From: an uncultured bacterium
GTDB taxonomy: Bacteria; Krumholzibacteriota; Krumholzibacteriia; Krumholzibacteriales; Krumholzibacteriaceae
Direction: 5' to 3'
Assembly (NCBI GenBank): GCA_963786935.1
Contig: CAWBAN010000003.1
Location: forward strand, 320,001 to 384,000
Length of the DNA stretch: 64,000 bases
Shown here: positions 57,449 to 64,000 of the stretch, one piece after another
Layout of the letters: every line of letters starts with the position of its first letter
Numbering within the stretch: the stretch's first letter is position 1
Made by a program: the position numbers and the translations under genes
Notes under the pieces: model-generated
Databases searched by the model: none
Seen by the model: the letters and a program-made list of their open reading frames with translations, nothing else
What the model was told of the DNA's origin: nothing

Positions 57449-58915
57449 ATGTCGCTGAGCGGTCTGGAACCCAAGAACCTGTGGAAGCATTTCGATAAGA
57501 TCCGGAGCATTCCCCACTGCTCGGGGCAGGAGGCGAAGCTCGCCGAGTATCTCCTGGCCTACGCGAAAGGGAAGGGGCTCGAGGCCGAAAAGGACAAAGC
57601 CGGGAACGTCGTGATCCGCGTGAGCGCCACGAGCGGCCACGAGAGCGCGCCGACCGTCGTGCTGCAGGGGCACATGGATATGGTCGGGGAGAAGAACTCG
57701 GACGTCGCGCACGATTTCTCGAAAGACCCGATCCAGCTCGAGTTCCAGGGCGAATGGCTCAAGGCGAAGGGCACGACGCTCGGCTCCGACAACGGCATCG
57801 GGCTCGCCGCGGCCCTCTCGCTCATCGATTCGAAGGACGTCGTCCACGGGCCGCTCGAGCTCCTCTTCACCGTCGACGAGGAGGTCGGGCTCACGGGCGC
57901 CGGCAAGCTCAAGCCGGGTTTCGTCAAGGGCGGCATGATGATGAACCTCGACAGCGAGGAGCTCGGCGCCGTTTACATCGGCTGCTCGGGGGGCGGGGAC
58001 ACGACGCTAAAGCACGCGATCGAGTTTCTCGACGCGCCCGCCGGGACGAAGGGATTCGTTCTCAAGGTGACCGGGCTCCGCGGCGGCCACTCCGGCATCG
58101 ACATCATCGAGCAGCGCGGCAACGCGATCAAGATCATGGCGCGTTGCCTCTGGAAGGCCTCGCGCACGCAGCCCATTCACCTCGCCGGATTCCGGGGCGG
58201 CAACAAGCGCAACGCGATCCCGCGCGAGGCCGAGGCCGATCTCATGATTCTCGAGACCGCCGTCGACGAGATCTCCGCTCTCGTCGGCGACGAGGCGGCG
58301 AAGATCAAGGACGAGCTCGGCGGCCGCGAGGCCAATCTCGCCGTCCGGCTCGAGCCGTCGGACCGCTCGTTCTCCCGGATCATGGAGGCGCAGTCCCAGA
58401 AACGGCTCCTGAATCTCCTCGTCGCCCTGCCGCACGGCGTCGCGGCGATGAGCTACGATATCGCGGGGCTCGTCGAGACGTCGAACAACCTCGCCACGAT
58501 CGCGACCGGCGGGAGCGATATGACGATCGGGCTCTCGACGAGGAGCTCGATCGCGAGCGCGCTCAAAGCGCTCCGCGAACGCATCCGGGCGACGGCGGAG
58601 CTCGCCGGCGCCGCGGTCGAGGAGAACGATCCCTATCCCGGCTGGAAGCCGAATCTCGATTCGAAGCTACTGGCCGTCGTGAAGGCGGTGCACCTGCGGG
58701 AGTTCGGCGTCGAGCCGCAGCTCAAGGCGATCCACGCGGGGCTCGAGTGCGGCATCATCGGCGAGAAGTTCCCCGGCATGGACATGATCTCGATCGGCCC
58801 CTGGATCGAGCACCCGCATTCCCCCGACGAGCGGGTCAACATCCCGTCGGTCGACAAGTTCTATACGCTTCTCAAGGCGGTGCTCGCCGAGCTCGCGGCG
58901 AAGCGTGCGGCGTAA
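57449..58915 (+). CDS. pepD: Aminoacyl-histidine dipeptidase (M20C)
   Basis: LQGHMDMV, TTLGSDNGIG, DEEVGLTGA, NLDSEE, GGHSG, IHAGLECG, HSPDE. Confidence 0.95.
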   Translation: MSLSGLEPKNLWKHFDKIRSIPHCSGQEAKLAEYLLAYAKGKGLEAEKDKAGNVVIRVSATSGHESAPTVVLQGHMDMVGEKNSDVAHDFSKDPIQLEFQGEWLKAKGTTLGSDNGIGLAAALSLIDSKDVVHGPLELLFTVDEEVGLTGAGKLKPGFVKGGMMMNLDSEELGAVYIGCSGGGDTTLKHAIEFLDAPAGTKGFVLKVTGLRGGHSGIDIIEQRGNAIKIMARCLWKASRTQPIHLAGFRGGNKRNAIPREAEADLMILETAVDEISALVGDEAAKIKDELGGREANLAVRLEPSDRSFSRIMEAQSQKRLLNLLVALPHGVAAMSYDIAGLVETSNNLATIATGGSDMTIGLSTRSSIASALKALRERIRATAELAGAAVEENDPYPGWKPNLDSKLLAVVKAVHLREFGVEPQLKAIHAGLECGIIGEKFPGMDMISIGPWIEHPHSPDERVNIPSVDKFYTLLKAVLAELAAKRAA

Positions 58916-58938
58916 GGTGGGACCCGGCGCCGGACCCG

Positions 58939-59009
58939 GCGCCGGACATTCCCGTTCCGAGCCCAGTCGCGGAGCCTCCAATGGGCTCGTTCACGGGAAT
59001 GTCCGGCGC
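58939..59009. repeat. 71-nt hairpin element, copy 2 (REP/REPIN-like)
   Basis: 17-bp perfect outer stem gcgccggacattcccgt, inner stem cgagccca/tgggctcg, loop gtcgcggagcctccaa; preceded by a tandem ggacccggcgcc duplication. Confidence 0.75.
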
Positions 59010-59063
59010 AGGGGCGGGGGCCCCATCAGCGTCCCCCGCTATTCGTAGAGTAAAGAGCACATG

Positions 59064-59098
59064 AAAAAGCGGCCGGACCCGAAAGGGCCCGGCCGCTT
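59064..59098 (-). terminator. Rho-independent terminator of pruA
   Basis: aagcggccgg...ccggccgctt stem; the A-run at 59064-68 reads as a U-tract on the minus strand. Confidence 0.75.
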
Positions 59099-59122
59099 CG
59101 TTTACAGCCGCTGCTGCGATTC

Positions 59123-60754
59123 TTACTCCTCCGCCATGTACGGGTAGCGGTAGTTCTCCGGCGGGCAGTACGTCTCCTTGATCGTCCGCGGGCTCGTCCA
59201 GCGGATCATGTTGAGGAGGCTTCCCGCCTTGTCGTTCGTGCCGGAAGCGCGGCTTCCGCCGAACGGCTGCTGGTTGACGACGGCGCCCGTCGGCTTGTCG
59301 TTGATGTAGAAGTTGCCCGCCGTGTCGGCGAGCGCCTCGGTCATCATGACGATCGCCTGCCGGTCCTGCGCGAAGATGGCGCCCGTGAGCGCGTATGGCG
59401 AGGTCGTCGAGACGAGGTCGAGCGTCTTCGCGAGCCGGCTGTCGTTGTAGACGTAGATCGTGATCACGGGCCCGAAGATCTCATCGCGCATCGTCTTGAA
59501 GTCGGGCTTCTTCGCCACGATCACCGTGGGCTCGACGAAGTAGCCCTTGCGATCGTTGCAGCCGCCGCCGGCGATGATCTTCGCGTCACGGGAGCGCTTC
59601 GCGTAGGCGATGTATCCCTTGATGCTCTCGAACGCCGCCTTGTCGATGACGGCGGTCACGTAGTTCCGGAAGTCCTTCGGATCGCCCATCTTGATCGTCG
59701 AGATCTCGTGGAGGAGCATCTTCTTGACCCGCGGCCAGAGACTCTTCGGAATGTAGGCGCGCGAGGCGGCCGAGCATTTCTGGCCCTGGTACTCGAAGGC
59801 TCCCCGCACCATCGCGATGACGAGAGGCTTCACGTCCGCCGACGGATGCGCGAAGATGAAGTCCTTCCCGCCCGTCTCGCCGACGATTCGCGGATACTGG
59901 TTGTAGTTCCTGATGTTGGTGCCGATCACTTCCCACATCCGCTGGAACGTCGAGGTGCTGCCGGTGAAGTGAACGCCCGCGAGATCCGGGTGCGTGAGCA
60001 CGAGGTCGCCGACGACCGAGCCCGGTCCCGGGATCATGTTGATGACGCCGTCCGGGAGTCCGGCCTTCTTGAGGATTTCCATGATGTAATGCGCCGAGTA
60101 GACCGCGCTCGAAGCGGGCTTCCACACGCAGGTGTTGCCCATCATTGCCGGAGCGGTCGGCAGGTTCCCCGCGATCGCGGTGAAGTTGAACGGGGTCACG
60201 GCGAAGACGAATCCGTCGAGCGGCCGCGCCTCGCTCATATTCCACATGCCGGGGGACGATTCGGGCTGCTGGCCGAGGATCGTCTTCATGAAGTACACGT
60301 TGAAGCGGAAGAAATCGATGAGCTCGCAGGCGGAGTCGATCTCGGCCTGGAACGCGGTCTTCGACTGGCCGAGCATCGTCGCGGCGTTGAGCGTCGCGCG
60401 GTACTCTCCGGCGAGAATGTCCGCCGCCTTCATGAACACGGCGGCGCGCGCCTCCCACGGGAGCGCCGCCCAGCCCTTCTTCGCGGCCATGGCCGCCTTG
60501 ATCGCGGCCTCTACCTCGCGCTTGCCCGCCTTGTGGTACGTGCCGAGCACGTGCTTGTGGTCGTGGGGCATGACGCAGAGGCCCGTCTTTCCCGTGCGGA
60601 CGTTCCGTCCGTTGATGACGCACGGAATGTCGATCTTCTTGCCGCTGAGCTCCTTCAGCTTCGCCTTCAGCGCGGTTCTCTCTTTTGTGCCGGGGCCGTA
60701 GGTCAGGTTCGGCTCGTTCTTCGGCATCTCGATCTTGGGGATGCTGTTGATCAC
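59123..60754 (-). CDS. pruA: L-glutamate gamma-semialdehyde (P5C) dehydrogenase
   Basis: QAEIDSACE, PFNFTAI, FTGST, GETGGKDF, EYQGQKCSA, NDKPTGA; GGAGG RBS. Confidence 0.95.
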   Translation of the reverse strand: MINSIPKIEMPKNEPNLTYGPGTKERTALKAKLKELSGKKIDIPCVINGRNVRTGKTGLCVMPHDHKHVLGTYHKAGKREVEAAIKAAMAAKKGWAALPWEARAAVFMKAADILAGEYRATLNAATMLGQSKTAFQAEIDSACELIDFFRFNVYFMKTILGQQPESSPGMWNMSEARPLDGFVFAVTPFNFTAIAGNLPTAPAMMGNTCVWKPASSAVYSAHYIMEILKKAGLPDGVINMIPGPGSVVGDLVLTHPDLAGVHFTGSTSTFQRMWEVIGTNIRNYNQYPRIVGETGGKDFIFAHPSADVKPLVIAMVRGAFEYQGQKCSAASRAYIPKSLWPRVKKMLLHEISTIKMGDPKDFRNYVTAVIDKAAFESIKGYIAYAKRSRDAKIIAGGGCNDRKGYFVEPTVIVAKKPDFKTMRDEIFGPVITIYVYNDSRLAKTLDLVSTTSPYALTGAIFAQDRQAIVMMTEALADTAGNFYINDKPTGAVVNQQPFGGSRASGTNDKAGSLLNMIRWTSPRTIKETYCPPENYRYPYMAEE

Positions 60755-60941
60755 CGGGTACCTCCGTCTGTTCAGGTTGCTCCTATTGAAAAACAGGGCC
60801 TCTGCCCTGCAGGGTGACCTCACGATGAAAAGCGGGCAGAAATACGGTGTGCAATATAACACAAAGGCGCTGATGGGTCAACAGGGGGGCGGGCCCGCGC
60901 AGCTGGGGGGGGTACCGGCGCCCGCCATGGGCGGCCGGGCT

Positions 60942-61976
60942 TCACCGGGCGCCGTTCGCGCGCGCCCCGGCGACGTCGGAGGTGTCCGCGGTCGCGCGCA
61001 GGTATGCGTCGTAGAGGCGCTTCTGCTCGTCGCCGCGGAAGGGGCTCATGTAGTGAAAAAAGTCGAACATGGCGAACGATTCGACGAAGGGGGATTCGGC
61101 CTCAATCTGGGCCAGCACGCGCTCGATGGGGGCCGGCTCCCGCCCGCGCCCGGTCGTTCGATGCCGGAATATCTCGATATCGCTCCAGAGCGCGATTTCC
61201 TCGTCATCGCAGATCTCCCGCATGACCCGGAAATACGGGACCACCTTCGTGTCCATGCGCTTCTCCCAGCGGTTCGCGCCGACGCCGTCCTGCAGGATGA
61301 CGATGTCGATGCCGGAGCCGGCGAGCATATCGCCGAAGAGCTTCCGGAACGCTTCGGGGGTCGTGCTCTGCGCGAGGCACGCGGAGACGGCGACGGGCTT
61401 TCCGCCGGAGAGGGCGCGGCAGTGGTCGCTCTGCCGCCGCAGGAATCCGCGGAGCGCGGCGACGTGCTCGGGTTTGAAACCGTAGTACCGGAGCTCCTGC
61501 GGGATGTACCATCCGGCGAACGACGGATGGCGCCCGTAGCGGGCCCAGGCCCGGCCGGCGAGCCGCATGCTCAGCGTCCCGGCGCGTTCGAGGTAATTCG
61601 GATACGTGATGCGCTCGTGCCAGCGGTCGATCGTCGCGAGCCCGAGAAACACGCGCATACGATGCTCGTCCGCGTACTCGAGGATGACGCGGGTGGGATC
61701 GCACGCCGCGGAATCGGCCGGAATGAAGCGCTCGTTTTCGTGCTCGAGCCACTGGACGATCACGAGATCGATGCCGGCGCCCCGCATCGCGTCGAGCTCG
61801 CGTCGCCACGCGGCCTCGTCCATCTCCATCATCCAGTCCTGGTACTGGACGAAGGTTCCTTCGATGCGCCGCTTCGAGGGGGGCCTCGCGCGGGCTCCCG
61901 TCTCCGCGCCCGACGCCGCGGCGCTCAGCAGCAGCGCGAGCAGGGTGGCGACGAAGCACTGCGTCACGGTTATCAT
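60942..61976 (-). CDS. DUF4434-type secreted protein (glycoside-hydrolase-like TIM barrel)
   Basis: Signal peptide; GTFVQ, VIVQW, HPSFAGWYIPQE, LQDGVG, W.DIEIF, HYMSP. Confidence 0.75.
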   Translation of the reverse strand: MITVTQCFVATLLALLLSAAASGAETGARARPPSKRRIEGTFVQYQDWMMEMDEAAWRRELDAMRGAGIDLVIVQWLEHENERFIPADSAACDPTRVILEYADEHRMRVFLGLATIDRWHERITYPNYLERAGTLSMRLAGRAWARYGRHPSFAGWYIPQELRYYGFKPEHVAALRGFLRRQSDHCRALSGGKPVAVSACLAQSTTPEAFRKLFGDMLAGSGIDIVILQDGVGANRWEKRMDTKVVPYFRVMREICDDEEIALWSDIEIFRHRTTGRGREPAPIERVLAQIEAESPFVESFAMFDFFHYMSPFRGDEQKRLYDAYLRATADTSDVAGARANGAR

Positions 61977-62034
61977 GTCGAGTTGATTACCCCCCTTCTC
62001 GACCATTTTACCACTATTGCCCCGTCGGTGGCTA

Positions 62035-62064
62035 TTGACTTTATTCGAGGGAAGCTGTTATCTT
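62035..62064 (+). promoter_or_regulatory. Sigma70-type promoter for tRNA-Trp/trpS
   Basis: TTGACT (62035-40) and extended -10 TGnTATCTT (62056-64). Confidence 0.6.
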
Positions 62065-62096
62065 GATGAGGTTTCGCGCCTGATAACGCAGGCTTC

Positions 62097-62169
62097 AGGG
62101 GTGTAGCTCAATTGGCAGAGCATCGGTCTCCAAAACCGAGGGCTGCAGGTTCAAGTCCTGCCACCCCTA
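62097..62169 (+). tRNA. tRNA-Trp (CCA anticodon); CCA end not encoded
   Basis: Full cloverleaf: AGGGGTG/CACCCCT acceptor stem, TCGGT-CTCCAAA-ACCGA anticodon arm, GCAGG-TTCAAGT-CCTGC T arm. Confidence 0.96.
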
Positions 62170-62229
62170 ATTTTTTTGCCCTCAGGCGGCGTCCGGGCGG
62201 GCGCGCCTGAGGGGAGGGAGACGCCGGGA

Positions 62230-63255
62230 ATGAGCAAGGGCAGGGTCACGAGCGGCATGAGGCCGACGGGGAGCATCCACCTCGGCAATCTGCACGGCGC
62301 TCTCGACAACTGGGTCAAGCTCCAGCACGACTACGAGTGCTACTTCTTCATCGTCGATTGGCATGCCCTCACGACGCCCGGGGGCGGGGACGCGCTCGGG
62401 TACGAGAACGTCGCTCGCATGCGCCAGAACGTCGTCGAGATGGCGATCGACTGGGTGGCGGCGGGGCTCGATCCGGACAAGTGCTCCATATTCGTCCAGT
62501 CCCACGTTCCCGAGGTCGCCGAGCTGCACCTGGTCTTCTCGATGATCACGCCGCTCGGCTGGCTCGAGCGGAATCCGACCTACAGGGAAATGGTCCTCGG
62601 CTACAAGATCGAGCACCCGAGCTACGGGCTCCTCGGCTATCCGACGCTGCAGGCGGCGGACATCCTCGTGTACAAGGGGAATTTCGTCCCGGTCGGCAAG
62701 GACCAGGAGGCCCACGTCAACATGACCCGCGACCTCGCGCAACGCTTCAACAGCCTCTACGGGCGCGAGGTGTTTCCGATCACGCAGGTGCTCCTCACGC
62801 AGGTTCCGAAGGTCCCCGGGATCGACAGCGTCGACCGGAAGATGAGCAAGAGCGCGGGCAATCATATCGCCCTCGCGTATTCCGAGGAGCAGACGGCGGA
62901 GATCGCGCGGACGATGTTCACCGATCCCGTCAAGATGCGCAAGAACGACAAGGGGCATCCCGACGGCTGCGTCGTCTACGCGTTCCACGGGCTCTATAAC
63001 AAAGCGGAGCAGCCCGTCGTCCGGAACGAGTGCGAGGAGGGCGCGCGCGGCTGCGTCGACTGCAAGAAGCAGCTCGCGGCGAAGATGAACGAGGCCCTTC
63101 GTCCCATCCGGGAGCGGCGCCGCGAGCTGAGCGAGCGTCCCGAGCGTATCAAGGAGATACTGATGAACGGCGCCTCGCGCGCGCGCGCCGTCGCGCACGC
63201 GACGATCGAGGAGGTGCGCGAAGCCCTCAACCTGCCGCCGAAGGAGATATTCTAA
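62230..63255 (+). CDS. trpS: Tryptophan--tRNA ligase
   Basis: SGMRPTG..HLGN, YPTLQAADIL, PVGKDQ, KMSKS. Confidence 0.96.
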   Translation: MSKGRVTSGMRPTGSIHLGNLHGALDNWVKLQHDYECYFFIVDWHALTTPGGGDALGYENVARMRQNVVEMAIDWVAAGLDPDKCSIFVQSHVPEVAELHLVFSMITPLGWLERNPTYREMVLGYKIEHPSYGLLGYPTLQAADILVYKGNFVPVGKDQEAHVNMTRDLAQRFNSLYGREVFPITQVLLTQVPKVPGIDSVDRKMSKSAGNHIALAYSEEQTAEIARTMFTDPVKMRKNDKGHPDGCVVYAFHGLYNKAEQPVVRNECEEGARGCVDCKKQLAAKMNEALRPIRERRRELSERPERIKEILMNGASRARAVAHATIEEVREALNLPPKEIF

Positions 63256-64000
63256 TGGCGAACGTGATCGATTATTTCATTCCGCTCTTTCGCAGCCATC
63301 TCGACCTTCCGTTCGAACCGTCCGCGTACTATCGTCCCCGTCCCTATCGCAACGCCGCCGTGCGCTTCCGGGGCTGCTCGATCGACGATTTCGAGGAGCG
63401 CGCGAGGATCCTCGCCGAGGAAGCGGGGCACAACGTGTTTCTCTTCAGGTCGGACAAGATCCCCGGCTGCGATCTCCTCTCCGATTCGGGCACCACGACG
63501 ATGACGATGGAGCAGTGGGCGTCGATGCTCCTCGGCGACGAGGCGTACGGGTCGAACGAGGGCTATTTCGAGCTCAAGGATCAAGTCGGCGCGACCTTCG
63601 GCCCGGCATGGCGGCAGAAATCCGGACGGCGGGTGGGGGATCGCGAGCCGCTCTTCATATTCCATCAGGGGAGGGCGGCCGAGAACGCCCTTTTCAGCGT
63701 CCTCTCGCGCGAGCTCAAGCAGAAGGGGCTGCCCGCGCCGAAGCCGCTTTCGAAGGACATCCTTCCGGAGCTCCGGTCGCGGATCGAGCGCCGGGCGAAG
63801 ACGGTGAAGGGGCACGGGACGGCGGCTCCGCAGCCCTTCTACGTCATCCCGAGCAATTCGCATTTCGATACGACCGAGGGGAACATCGAGGACAAGTTCA
63901 TGGTGCCCCTCAACCTGCCGTGCCGTGAGCACCTCGCCGGCGACGAATCGTTCCCCTTCCGCGGAAACATGGATCTCGATGAGCTCGAGAATCTGCTCGC
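63255..64000 (+). CDS. tnaA: Tryptophanase / tyrosine phenol-lyase family PLP enzyme, 3' truncated by window (absent from ORF track)
   Basis: TAATG overlap with trpS. Hand translation gives DLLSDSGT, GDEAYGS, HQGRAAE, NSHFDTT, FRGNMDL with no stop before the window end. Confidence 0.8.
   Translation, partial: MANVIDYFIPLFRSHLDLPFEPSAYYRPRPYRNAAVRFRGCSIDDFEERARILAEEAGHNVFLFRSDKIPGCDLLSDSGTTTMTMEQWASMLLGDEAYGSNEGYFELKDQVGATFGPAWRQKSGRRVGDREPLFIFHQGRAAENALFSVLSRELKQKGLPAPKPLSKDILPELRSRIERRAKTVKGHGTAAPQPFYVIPSNSHFDTTEGNIEDKFMVPLNLPCREHLAGDESFPFRGNMDLDELENLL

Noticed and set aside
59022..60877. 10-bp inverted match (cccatcagcg / cgctgatggg) flanking pruA
   Set aside because: Too short to exceed chance; no transposase or target duplication
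62097..62215. tRNA as an integration site for an island
   Set aside because: No integrase and no duplicated tRNA 3' end seen in the window; trpS follows directly

Overview
A GC-rich, gene-dense bacterial chromosomal window. It is probably from an uncultured anaerobe of the FCB/Krumholzibacteriota-Latescibacterota type; this is an inference from the protein families present, not a marker-gene placement. No phage, IS, CRISPR or rRNA was found. First half: an AmmeMemoRadiSam-B fragment, a DUF3857/transglutaminase pair, three tandem Cys-rich secreted paralogues with dockerin-like tails, an ECF sigma/zinc anti-sigma pair, a NikR-controlled Ni/Co ECF transporter with fused T and ATPase subunits, a PerR-type rubredoxin/ferritin stress operon, an Rsb-type partner-switching operon, peptidases and an ABC exporter. 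Second half: a CoA-transferase-GNAT plus deacetylase pair near a butyrate kinase-phosphotransbutyrylase fusion, sppA, a sorted C1A protease, addAB, a NarL-type two-component system followed by an ORF-less structured region, pepD, pruA and a tRNA-Trp/trpS/tryptophanase-like operon. Most notable: (1) tRNA-Trp with an atypical A73 discriminator, upstream of trpS, which is coupled to a divergent Trp lyase; (2) two 70-nt hairpins 33 kb apart sharing a 16-nt loop with covarying stems; (3) a candidate two-component-controlled ncRNA; (4) the Cys-rich dockerin-tailed triplet; (5) a possible acylation writer/eraser module. Two single-base frameshifts (acuC-like, addA) are probably sequencing errors. All family calls come from motif recognition, not database searches.
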